A DNA stretch of 11,801 nt from Candidatus Undinarchaeales archaeon (GCA_030753015.1 JASMDC010000065.1:1-11801); one strand, 5' to 3'. Positions 1 through 8,078 are shown, counted from the first letter of the stretch. Numbers and translations are program-made. The notes: generated by a model from the sequence alone, not told the origin.

Positions 1-2
1 CG

Positions 3-563
3 ACGTTCCACAAGGCGATGAAGTACGCCATAGGTCCGCGGAGGGAGATCGGTATTCGGACCGTGTTCAACGTGCTGGGGCCCCTGACGAATCCCGCGAA
101 CGTTGCGCACCAGGTAATCGGCGTGTACGACGAGCGGCTCACCGAGCCGCTGGCGAACGTGCTGAGGAGGTTCGGTCTCCGTCACGCGCTGGTCGTGCAC
201 GGCTCGGGTCTGGACGAGCTATCCACCATCGACAGGACTAAGGTGTCCGAGCTGAAGAATGGGAAAGTAGAGACGTACTACCTTACTCCCGAGCAGTACG
301 GTCTTGACCGGGCCCGGCTCGAGGACATCCAGGGCGGAACGCCCGAGGAGAACACGAAGATCACCCGCTCGGTACTCGATGGCGAGGACTCACCGTACAC
401 GGACATCGTCCTGCTGAACGCGGGCGCGGCCCTCTACGCCGCCGACAAGACCGGCGACATCGCAGAAGGCATCGAGCTCGCACGCCAAGCCATCAAGAGC
501 GGGAAGGCCCGGGAGAAGCTCGACCAGCTGATCGAGCGGTCCAAGGGCTTCGGGAACGAGTGA
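3..563 (+). CDS. trpD: Anthranilate phosphoribosyltransferase, C-terminal part (5' end lies outside the window)
   Basis: The frame is open from base 3 (TFHKAMKYAIGPRREIGIRTVFNVLGPLTNPA). It carries the TrpD motifs FHxAMK, RTVFNxLGPLxNP, VVHGSGLDE and VLLNAGAALY, and sits first in a trp cluster. Confidence 0.96.
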   Translation, partial: TFHKAMKYAIGPRREIGIRTVFNVLGPLTNPANVAHQVIGVYDERLTEPLANVLRRFGLRHALVVHGSGLDELSTIDRTKVSELKNGKVETYYLTPEQYGLDRARLEDIQGGTPEENTKITRSVLDGEDSPYTDIVLLNAGAALYAADKTGDIAEGIELARQAIKSGKAREKLDQLIERSKGFGNE

Positions 564-1354
564 CGATGAGCACACACGAGCTCCTTGGGACGGTCGTCGG
601 TGACATCGTGGACGATATACTGCTGGAGAATCAGAGCACCCGCAGCATGTACGACGCGCTCCGCGACGGCCACAGGAAGGGCGTACGTGTCATCGCTGAG
701 CTGAAGCCATCCTCCCCGAGCAAGGGGGAGCTCAGGAGCATTAACGCGAGAGATCTCCCCTCGATCGTCGAGGAGCTCGAATCGGGCGGGGCGCATGCGA
801 TCTCCGTCCTGGTCGAGCCCCGACGTTTCGGCGGGTGCCTCGAGAACCTCAAGATCGCACGAGAGTGCACTGACCTGCCACTGCTCGCTAAGGGCTTCCT
901 GTTCTCGCCGCGCCAGCTGGCTGAGTGCATGACGGCAGGTGCGGACGCCTACCTGCTCATGGTCCGTGTCGTCGACGCGGTCCAGCAGGACGCGGGCAGG
1001 CTCATCGAGCTGGGCGAGGGACTCGGGATGGAGGCATTCATCGAGGCCAACACTCCCGACGAGATCATTAAGGCACAGGCCGTGGGCGCGACGATTCTCG
1101 AGGTCAACAACCGGGACATCTACGCTGATCTATCCCTCGACCTCGACAACGCCGCCCTGGGGAAGGACCTACCGACGGACATAGCCTTCGTGAGCGCCTC
1201 CGGGATAGCGGCCGCCGCGGACGTCGAGCGTGTTTACACGGCGTCAAACGGGCGCGTGGACGCGATCCTGGTCGGCTCATCCCTGATGACGAACAGCAGC
1301 ATCTCCAGGAAGGTCGCGGAGCTGGTGGCCTCGGGGGAGGGCGTCGTCCGATGA
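560..1354 (+). CDS. trpC: Indole-3-glycerol phosphate synthase (divergent)
   Basis: Motifs IAELKPSSPSKG, AISVLVE..FGG, LPLLAK, GADAYLL, VNNRD, SGI and AILVGSSLM. GTGA overlap with the trpD stop; an alternative ATG lies at 566. Confidence 0.92.
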   Translation: MTMSTHELLGTVVGDIVDDILLENQSTRSMYDALRDGHRKGVRVIAELKPSSPSKGELRSINARDLPSIVEELESGGAHAISVLVEPRRFGGCLENLKIARECTDLPLLAKGFLFSPRQLAECMTAGADAYLLMVRVVDAVQQDAGRLIELGEGLGMEAFIEANTPDEIIKAQAVGATILEVNNRDIYADLSLDLDNAALGKDLPTDIAFVSASGIAAAADVERVYTASNGRVDAILVGSSLMTNSSISRKVAELVASGEGVVR

Positions 1355-1989
1355 CGAAGGTGCAGGTTTGCGGGGTACAAAGCGTGGAGGACGCACTGAT
1401 GTGCGAGGCTGCGGGCGTGGACGCCATCGGGTTCGTCAGCGTTGAGGGCAGGAAGAGGAACGTACCGCTGGAACGGATCAAGAACATCATCGGACGGTTG
1501 GGCCCCTCGATTGATTCGACGCTCATCGGGTTCCCGAGGACGCCACAGGAGTTCATCGAGAAGGGACGGTCGGTCGGAGCGGACGTCCTCCAGGTCTACA
1601 CACTAACGGCGGCCGAGATAGGCATGCTGAAGGAGAGCGGCTTCACCGTCGTCCGTGCCGTCGGCATCGACTCAACCACAGGACGGCTCGAGCTGACCGT
1701 GGACCAGCTCAAAGAGATGGTAGCGGCCTGCGATTTCGTGCTCTTTGAGCCTAGGACTGGCGGGAAGATCGGCGGTATGGGCGTTAGAGTCGACTACGTA
1801 AGTATACTCACACCTTATATTAACCACTGCCGACGGTTCAGCATCGCCGGTGGTCTCACTCCCGACAACGTCCAGGAGGCGCTTAAGCTCGGCCCATACG
1901 CGGTCGACGTGTCCTCTGGTGTCGAGTCGGACAACGGCAGAAAGGACCCGGATAAGGTCAGAAGGTTCGTGAAGAGGTGCCATGTATGA
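1351..1989 (+). CDS. trpF: Phosphoribosylanthranilate isomerase
   Basis: Motifs [38 protein letters not shown] and KDPDKV. ATGA overlap with trpC. Confidence 0.93.
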   Translation: MTKVQVCGVQSVEDALMCEAAGVDAIGFVSVEGRKRNVPLERIKNIIGRLGPSIDSTLIGFPRTPQEFIEKGRSVGADVLQVYTLTAAEIGMLKESGFTVVRAVGIDSTTGRLELTVDQLKEMVAACDFVLFEPRTGGKIGGMGVRVDYVSILTPYINHCRRFSIAGGLTPDNVQEALKLGPYAVDVSSGVESDNGRKDPDKVRRFVKRCHV

Positions 1990-3167
1990 GGAACGATGAA
2001 GCATATTTCGGCGAGTACGGGGGCCAGTTCGTCCCCGAGACGCTCATGCCTATTCTTCAGGAGCTGGACGCAGCTTACCGGGAGGTGCAGGAGGACGCAG
2101 AGTTCCAGGAGGAGCTGAAGCGGTATCTGGAGAAGTTCGCCGGTAGGCCGACACCGCTGTACCTGGCCCGACGCCTGACCAAGCTCTTGGGTGGTGCGAA
2201 GATCTATCTTAAGCGCGAGGACCTCGCTCATCTTGGCGCCCACAAGATCAACAGCACCCTGGGCCACGTGCTTCTGGCCAAGCGGATGGGTAAGACACGG
2301 ATCATCGCCGAGACGGGAGCAGGCCAGCATGGCGTGGCAACAGCAGCCGCAGCGGCTGCGCTCGGGCTCGAGTGCGACGTCTACATGGGCGAGGTTGACA
2401 TCAAACGCCAGTCACTGAACGTGTTCAGGATGAAGTTGTTCGGTGCACGGGTCGTTCCGGTGACGTCAGGTTCGAGGACGCTCAAGGACGCCGTTAACGA
2501 GGCGATGAGGGATTATACAGCCAACTGCCGGAACACGCACTACGTCATCGGGTCTGTTGTCGGGCCGCATCCCTATCCGACCATGGTACGCGACTTCCAG
2601 GCGATTATCGGCATCGAGGCGAGACGACAGATACTGGAGCAGGAGGGACAGCTACCCAGCGGCCTCGTCGCCTGCGTCGGCGGGGGCAGCAACGCCATGG
2701 GCCTGTTCCACCGGTTCTTCGAAGATGACGTCCGTATGGTGGGCGTGGAGGCTGCCGGGAAGGGCATCGCGACCGGCAAGCACGGTGCTTCTATCGGCGC
2801 CGGCGAGGTCGGCGTCATGCACGGGAAGAAGAGCTACTTCATCCAGGACGAGAACGGTCAGATCCGCGAGGCGCATTCCATCTCGGCGGGCCTTGATTAT
2901 CCCGGGGTCGGTCCGGAGCATGCGTTCTACAACGACCTGAAGCGGGCAGAGTACGTCTCGGTGACCGACGACGAGGCGGTCGAGGCGTTCCACCTCCTGT
3001 CAAAGATCGAGGGCATAATCCCCGCACTGGAGAGCTCCCACGCTCTGGCTCACCTGAAGGTGCTTGCGCCGAGCTTCGAGAAGGATGACATCATCATCGT
3101 CTGCCTCTCCGGGAGGGGGGACAAGGACGTCCATATGATCGCCGGCCTCGAGGGGGTGAGCCTGTGA
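1986..3167 (+). CDS. trpB: Tryptophan synthase beta chain (TrpB1 type)
   Basis: Motifs [26 protein letters not shown] (PLP lysine), [34 protein letters not shown] and LSGRGDKD. The ATG at 1986 is preferred over 1977 because it gives an ATGA overlap with the trpF stop. Confidence 0.98.
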   Translation: MRNDEAYFGEYGGQFVPETLMPILQELDAAYREVQEDAEFQEELKRYLEKFAGRPTPLYLARRLTKLLGGAKIYLKREDLAHLGAHKINSTLGHVLLAKRMGKTRIIAETGAGQHGVATAAAAAALGLECDVYMGEVDIKRQSLNVFRMKLFGARVVPVTSGSRTLKDAVNEAMRDYTANCRNTHYVIGSVVGPHPYPTMVRDFQAIIGIEARRQILEQEGQLPSGLVACVGGGSNAMGLFHRFFEDDVRMVGVEAAGKGIATGKHGASIGAGEVGVMHGKKSYFIQDENGQIREAHSISAGLDYPGVGPEHAFYNDLKRAEYVSVTDDEAVEAFHLLSKIEGIIPALESSHALAHLKVLAPSFEKDDIIIVCLSGRGDKDVHMIAGLEGVSL

Positions 3168-3982
3168 ACCTCATTGAGCTTTTCGCCAGGGACAAAGCGG
3201 CGTACATGGCGCACGTCTACTACGGCGATCCCAACGAGGATTTCTCCATCAAGGAGATCAAGGCTCTGTGCGAGAGCGGCGTTTCCATCATCGAGCTGGG
3301 CATCCCCTTCTCGGACCCAACAGCCGACGGGCCCGTGTTCCAGAGAGCGTGCGAACGGGCGCTCGCCGCTGGCATGACCCCCGGAAAGGTAATCGAGGGT
3401 ATCGTCAAACTCCGTGACGCAGGCATCACCCAGCCCATCGTGGTCACAAGCTACTACAACATCATCTATCACATGGGCGTCGGGACCTTCGTCAGGAGGA
3501 TCAAGGACTCGGGAGCGTGCGCCTTGATCGTCCCCGATGTCCCGATAGAGGAGGCCGATGATCTGCTCGCAGCCGGGGATGAGCACGGTATCGACATCAT
3601 CTTTCTCGTCGCCCCGACCACGCCGGACGACCGGCTCAAGAAGATACTTTCAGTTGCCCGTGGGTTCGTGTACGTGGTTTCCGTTGCCGGAGTTACCGGT
3701 GCCAGGGAATCCCTTGAGGAGGCGACGTTAAAGCTCATCGAACGTGTCCGTGCGCATTCTGACATCCCGCTCCTTGTCGGCTTCGGCATCTCTAAACAGG
3801 AGCAGGCCAAGGCCGCAGTGACGGCAGGCGCCGACGGTGTCATCACCGGTAGTGCCATCGGAAGTATCTATGAGCAGCACCTGGACGATCCGGACGCCTC
3901 ATTTGACGAGATCCGTGCGTTCGCCCAGGGGATCAGGGCAGGGATCGAGGAAGGCGTGAGGAAGGGGGATCGGATCTTATGA
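3164..3982 (+). CDS. trpA: Tryptophan synthase alpha chain
   Basis: Motifs [42 protein letters not shown] and [12 protein letters not shown] start with GTGA overlap and an upstream GGGGTGA SD. Confidence 0.97.
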   Translation: MNLIELFARDKAAYMAHVYYGDPNEDFSIKEIKALCESGVSIIELGIPFSDPTADGPVFQRACERALAAGMTPGKVIEGIVKLRDAGITQPIVVTSYYNIIYHMGVGTFVRRIKDSGACALIVPDVPIEEADDLLAAGDEHGIDIIFLVAPTTPDDRLKKILSVARGFVYVVSVAGVTGARESLEEATLKLIERVRAHSDIPLLVGFGISKQEQAKAAVTAGADGVITGSAIGSIYEQHLDDPDASFDEIRAFAQGIRAGIEEGVRKGDRIL

Positions 3983-3983
3983 A

Positions 3984-4116
3984 GGATATCCGAGTGTCGG
4001 GTTTCCCTCGTGATAACGGTAGTATCTGAAATTGCTTTCGTATATCACGCTGAAAAGGACGGATATGCGAAATGTTAGTGGACGTCAACTTCGGATATGC
4101 ACTAGTTATCCGAAAT
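3984..4116 (+). repeat. Cluster of degenerate inverted repeats, integron attC-like (two tandem units)
   Basis: Six TATnyGAr-type octamers in both orientations: 3987-3994, 4023-4030, 4037-4044(rc), 4064-4071, 4090-4097(rc), 4107-4114. Perfect inverted pair ttcggata/tatccgaa. The right end reads ggatatg + 5 nt + GTTATCC, resembling L'-spacer-R'. Confidence 0.5.
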
Positions 4117-4146
4117 ATTTAGGTGGGGACTTTTCTGTGTCAAGAC

Positions 4147-4554
4147 TCAATCTAATTTTTCTCTATTGATTTCCTGAACGCCATCAAAGTCAGTATCATC
4201 AGATACAACCGTGAATATCCCTGCGTTCGTACTCACGGCGATGTGAATGGCGTCTCTTGGTTTCAGCTGAACGTAGTTTTTCATATACTCAAGGGCCCTC
4301 AATACATCTTCATTTGTCACATCGAGGATTACCAGATTCGGTAATTCCAAGATATCCATACATGTCTCTATCGCCCTCTCTCGATCTTTCTTCATCTTGA
4401 TCAATACCCAGAGTATTTCATCTACAGTGAGAGAAGAAGTAGCGCATTGTATCTTTCCTGATGCCATTTCCCTCAGTACCTTCTTCGCTTTCTTCGCTTT
4501 TTCACCCTTGTAGAGAATAGGTAAGAGGAAAATATTACTGTCGAGATATTTCAT
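4147..4554 (-). CDS. vapC: PIN-domain ribonuclease toxin, VapC family
   Basis: PIN acidic motifs YLDSNIF, TVDE, PRDAIHIA and VSDDTDFD; 135 aa. AGGTGA SD 4 nt before the ATG; lies downstream of an AbrB-type gene. Confidence 0.93.
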   Translation of the reverse strand: MKYLDSNIFLLPILYKGEKAKKAKKVLREMASGKIQCATSSLTVDEILWVLIKMKKDRERAIETCMDILELPNLVILDVTNEDVLRALEYMKNYVQLKPRDAIHIAVSTNAGIFTVVSDDTDFDGVQEINREKLD

Positions 4555-4581
4555 TATCTCACCTTTTTATCATTCCTAAAA

Positions 4582-4830
4582 TCACTGGGTATCGAATTGG
4601 GAATAATACAGTTCGTCCCAATCAATCTTACTTGGTTCAGGTTCTTTATCTTCAAACCTATTGAATATTCGTCTCAATATCTTAGCCCCGTCCTCCTTTC
4701 TCATTAGGATCTCATTGTTCTCGACCCTAAAAGACATTCTCTCACCTGAATGAATCTGGAACATATCCCTAATGGGCTTGGGAATTACGATTTGTCCCCT
4801 CGATCCAACTTTCGATCGTATCTCAAGCAT
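4582..4830 (-). CDS. AbrB/MazE/SpoVT-family DNA-binding antitoxin (VapB-like)
   Basis: N-terminal swapped-hairpin signature SKVGSRGQIVIPKPIRDMFQIHSGERMSF; 82 aa; immediately upstream of the PIN toxin on the same strand. Confidence 0.92.
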   Translation of the reverse strand: MLEIRSKVGSRGQIVIPKPIRDMFQIHSGERMSFRVENNEILMRKEDGAKILRRIFNRFEDKEPEPSKIDWDELYYSQFDTQ

Positions 4831-4843
4831 TCATACCACTAAA

Positions 4844-4882
4844 TATGATTATATCATACGAAGTATATATACTTTTCTTTTT
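4844..4882 (-). promoter_or_regulatory. TA promoter (BRE + TATA) with a palindromic candidate operator
   Basis: The minus strand reads GAAAAAGAAAAG-TATATATA (TATA at 4871-4864, inside the perfect 14-bp palindrome aagtatatatactt, 4861-4874). A second palindrome, tatgat-tat-atcata (4844-4858), lies between the TATA box and the start codon. Confidence 0.65.
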
Positions 4883-5226
4883 CCGGTTTTAATCCCCACC
4901 TCAATACCTTTCGCTCCGCTCAAGTCCTTACGGATTCGTATAACGCATTCCGGGACCCCCGACATCGTCTTTTCGGAAGGCATGCCCGGTGGCGTTGCAC
5001 CTTCGCGTCGTGACGATGGGGGACGGACCGAATGAAGGCAGCACCCGAGGGAAGGGATGTGCATCATGAGCCATGCATAGCCTCACTCGCGGTACGGATC
5101 ACGACACTGCGTCGTGTATGAAGCTTGGTAGTGAGTCAGGTGGAAGAAGAAGGATCGGCTCAAGTACGGCGGGAGCGGTGGATATTTCAAGGAATACCCT
5201 GCTCCAATATATCAATGGGTGATCTC

Positions 5227-5928
5227 GTGAAAAAGGACCAAAAAGTGTCAGTTACAAAGAACGGACCCTATCTGGTGTCCGGGTCCTTGCCGTTGGCCAC
5301 GGAACTATCCGCGGTCGACGCCGACGGTGATCCCGGTACGTGGAAGAAGGGTGAGAGATTCCCCGAGCGGGACACCTATGCCCTTTGCCGTTGTGGAGGA
5401 TCGGGCTCCAAGCCTTTCTGCGATGGCACGCATGTAAAGATCGATTTCATCGGTACGGAGACCGCCAGCAAGAAGAGTTACCTCGAGCGGGCTCACAGGA
5501 CATCGGGGCCCGACCTCGATCTGACCGATGCGCGGGACCTCTGCGCCGCTGCGCGATTCTGCCACAGGGCCGGCGGGGCGTGGAAGCTCACCAAGGGTTC
5601 GGATGAGCCACGATCACGGGAGATCGCGATCCAGGAGGCAGGCGATTGCCCCTCGGGAAGGTTGGTCGCATGGACCAGGGAGACCAGGGATCCGATCGAG
5701 CCCGAGTTCGAGCCTTCCATCAGCCTAATAGGAGATCTGTGGGCGAAGGTCAGCGGACCGATATGGGTGAAGGGGTTCGTCCCCATCGAGTCGTCAGACG
5801 GTACCAGGTATGAGACCAGGAATCGGGTCACCCTGTGTCGTTGCGGTGCATCAGGGAACAAACCGTTCTGCGACGGTAGCCATATCAAGGTACAGTTCCG
5901 GGATGACGACAAGGATAGCAACGGATAA
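5227..5928 (+). CDS. CDGSH iron-sulfur domain protein (CDGSH - divergent 4Fe-4S-type domain - CDGSH)
   Basis: Two CDGSH motifs (CRCGGSGSKPFCDGTH and CRCGASGNKPFCDGSH), each preceded by a GP(Y/I) strand, flank a CxxxxxC...CPSG cluster. GTG at 5227 has GGTGA 4 nt upstream (same spacing as vapC and trpA); ATG at 5215 is an alternative. The listed 5125 start is probably too long. Confidence 0.9.
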   Translation: MKKDQKVSVTKNGPYLVSGSLPLATELSAVDADGDPGTWKKGERFPERDTYALCRCGGSGSKPFCDGTHVKIDFIGTETASKKSYLERAHRTSGPDLDLTDARDLCAAARFCHRAGGAWKLTKGSDEPRSREIAIQEAGDCPSGRLVAWTRETRDPIEPEFEPSISLIGDLWAKVSGPIWVKGFVPIESSDGTRYETRNRVTLCRCGASGNKPFCDGSHIKVQFRDDDKDSNG

Positions 5929-5975
5929 ACGTCAAGAAACAGGATCCGTAAGATGCCGGGCGGATGCACTGGAAC

Positions 5976-7583
5976 CTATGCGTCCGGTCCCGCGCCCCCC
6001 GCCGCGTCCTCATCCTCACCGTACACCCACTCGAAGTAGGCCTGGGTGTTCACGTCCTCGCCTGTAGCACCTTCCATGATCTCGTTCTCGCCCGTGCTCT
6101 GGCCGGGGGCGAACACCTTCTCGCGCAGGAACTCGGCGGTGCCGGGATTACCAAGGACCGAGCCGTTCTCGGTCTCGATGGCGCTACGGAGCTGGGCTGC
6201 CGCCATGCTGGCCATGAGATAGTCATGGTAGTAGGCTGGGTAGTCGATGAAGTGCGGTGTAGCCGCCCAGGCGTTGACGGAAGTATCGTCCGGCCGCGGC
6301 ATGCCCTCGAACCTCTCCTTAAGCTCCCACCAGAGGGTGGCCAAGTCCTGGTCGGGGTTCTCGTACATCCGCCGCTCGAAGGTGGAGACGGCAAGGACCT
6401 TGCGGATGAAGCTCTCCTCGCCCCATAGGTTGTCGGCCTCCACGCGCGCGGCGAGCTCGGTGGGCACTCCGGCGTACTCCTCGAGCCATTGGGCGGTCGA
6501 GCACACCTGCTCCATGAGCATGGGCACGGACTCGTTCATGGTGTTGGTGGGCGCCCCCCGGTCGTAGAATGGCAGCGCCGGATCCATACCGGCGTAGTAG
6601 ACCGCGTGTCCCGACTCGTGGTGGAGCACCTGCTGGTAGTCGTAGGTCGCCTCCTTGTTGGCGAGCACGCGCACGTCGTCGGGCATGCTGATGCCCATGG
6701 AGAAGCAGTGCTGGCTCTTCCCCGGCCGCGGGTCCACGTCGTAGGTGATGCCCAGGCCCTTCAGGTCGAAGCCCATGTCTGTGTACGAGCGCTTTAGCAT
6801 CTCCATCTGCTTCCCCTCGGGGAAGTACATGTCGATCTCCTTCGCCAGCCCGTCCACGTCCAGGTCGAAGTGCCAGGGGCGCAGCTCGTCAACGCTGATG
6901 CCAAAGGCTGCGGCCAGCTCGGCCTTCCGCTCAGTGTTCTTGGTGGTATAGCTCGCGACGGTGTCGGAGTCGACCTCCTCCAGGAACTCGTACAGACCCT
7001 CCGGATCGTACCCCTCGCCCTCTAGGCACATCTCGTAGTAGTTGGCATGGCCCTGGCCCCGGGCGTATTCGTTGCGCAGCTTGACCAGCTCCACGATGGC
7101 ATGAGCGGCCGCGTCGCCCTTTGCTTTGCGGGCGTACCAGGCCTCCTTGCGCAGTCCGATGTCCTTCTCGGTCTCGAGTACCTTGTCCATGGCCAGGTCC
7201 GTGGTGGGAGCACCCCGGTAGGTGGCGCGGTGGGTCATCTGTAGCGATCCGGCCTCTCGTGCCTTGGCCTCCATGGCGTCCTCCGCATCGTCCTGCTTGC
7301 AGTAGGCCTTGGCGCGGGCATAGAGGTAGTCGATGTGGTCGGTGAGCTGTGGATCTGTGACTAAGTCGTAGCACACCTCGAGCGTGGTCGACAGTTGAGG
7401 ATCGGTGTAGAAGGCACGTGCAGCCCGGTCGGCCTGCTCTGAAGCGTCACGGGTCCCGGTGGTGTACAGCTCCCAGTGAGCGAGCATGCCCTGCCGACGC
7501 ACATCCTCGGCCTGCTGCATGGCGTTCCCGACATAGACGCGGGCGTCGTCCTCCGACAGAGCCCGTTCCACTACCTCGTCCAC
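5976..7583 (-). CDS. Zinc metallopeptidase of the gluzincin clan (M3 oligoendopeptidase / M2-like)
   Basis: HEXXH motif (LHHESGHA) with a downstream third-ligand Glu (TMNES), plus DPRPGK, FERRMYENP, LWWELK and a PHF..YPAYY C-terminal motif; 535 aa, acidic. Confidence 0.88.
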   Translation of the reverse strand: MDEVVERALSEDDARVYVGNAMQQAEDVRRQGMLAHWELYTTGTRDASEQADRAARAFYTDPQLSTTLEVCYDLVTDPQLTDHIDYLYARAKAYCKQDDAEDAMEAKAREAGSLQMTHRATYRGAPTTDLAMDKVLETEKDIGLRKEAWYARKAKGDAAAHAIVELVKLRNEYARGQGHANYYEMCLEGEGYDPEGLYEFLEEVDSDTVASYTTKNTERKAELAAAFGISVDELRPWHFDLDVDGLAKEIDMYFPEGKQMEMLKRSYTDMGFDLKGLGITYDVDPRPGKSQHCFSMGISMPDDVRVLANKEATYDYQQVLHHESGHAVYYAGMDPALPFYDRGAPTNTMNESVPMLMEQVCSTAQWLEEYAGVPTELAARVEADNLWGEESFIRKVLAVSTFERRMYENPDQDLATLWWELKERFEGMPRPDDTSVNAWAATPHFIDYPAYYHDYLMASMAAAQLRSAIETENGSVLGNPGTAEFLREKVFAPGQSTGENEIMEGATGEDVNTQAYFEWVYGEDEDAAGGAGPDA

Positions 7584-7606
7584 ACATGGCCCGCGCCCTC
7601 AGGGCC

Positions 7607-7614
7607 TATATATA
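7607..7614 (-). promoter_or_regulatory. TATA box of the peptidase gene (leaderless transcript likely)
   Basis: TATATATA in GC-rich surroundings, ending 24 nt upstream of the GTG at 7583; no SD visible. Confidence 0.6.
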
Positions 7615-7639
7615 CGTAGTGGATTAATCCGGCCCGGCG

Positions 7640-8047
7640 TCAAAGTTCCGAGGGACTGCGGCCGAGCCCGTTGACGAGGGTGCACTCAAGGAGCACGGTG
7701 ATGCCGCTGCTCTCGAGCTCCTCGATCAGAGCGGGATCCTGTGTCCCCGGGTTAAGGATAGCGGCCTTGATCCCACGTTCCTGCAAATGTCCGACCAGTC
7801 CGGACCGCAGCACGATCTGTGGTTTTAGGTAGATGGATACGAGATCGATGTCACCCTCGATCGACCGGAGGTCGGGAAAGACCCGAAGCCCCTCGATCTC
7901 AGACTCGGTTGGGTGGACCGGATAGACGTTGTAGCCCGCCTCCACCAGCGCCCTGACCGCCTTGTTGGAGTAGCGGTCCCGCTTGGACGATGCACCGATC
8001 ACCGCGACGTTGTTGCCGTAATCGTTCCGGTACCTGTCGGCGCCCAT
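7640..8047 (-). CDS. CoA-binding domain protein (YccU-like, stand-alone Rossmann fold)
   Basis: Motifs VAVIGAS..RDRYSNKAV..L...GYNVYPVHP, IEGL..FPDL, IDLVSIY, LNPG and a C-terminal ECT; 135 aa. Confidence 0.9.
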   Translation of the reverse strand: MGADRYRNDYGNNVAVIGASSKRDRYSNKAVRALVEAGYNVYPVHPTESEIEGLRVFPDLRSIEGDIDLVSIYLKPQIVLRSGLVGHLQERGIKAAILNPGTQDPALIEELESSGITVLLECTLVNGLGRSPSEL

Positions 8048-8069
8048 GGGACATTATGGAAAATTCGTT

Positions 8070-8078
8070 CTTTTAAAG
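8070..8078 (-). promoter_or_regulatory. TATA box of the CoA-binding protein gene (leaderless transcript likely)
   Basis: Minus strand CTTTAAAAG; the TTTAAAA ends 24 nt upstream of the ATG at 8047. Confidence 0.55.

Noticed and set aside
3984-4116. Possible CRISPR array or tRNA in the trpA-vapC gap
   Set aside because: The repeats are only about 8-11 nt, occur in both orientations and lack regular spacers; no cloverleaf or T-loop motif.
4772-5067. Small ORFs 4772-5035 (+) and 4849-5067 (-)
   Set aside because: They run across the TA promoter and the composition boundary, and have no SD or family motif.
5082-5135. Nested palindromes ctcact/agtgag and cacgac-actgc-gtcgtg upstream of the CDGSH gene
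   Set aside because: Only two 6-bp stems with poor pairing between them; compatible with chance, though an operator role is not excluded.
7585-7587. ATG 4 nt upstream of the peptidase GTG, suggesting a frameshifted start
   Set aside because: It is out of frame and opens only a short ORF; TATA spacing fits a leaderless start at the GTG (7583).
7621-7641. Similarity of ggattaatccggcccggcgtc to ggattaggcccgatgtc (10532-10548)
   Set aside because: Short, gapped and GC-rich; not distinguishable from chance.
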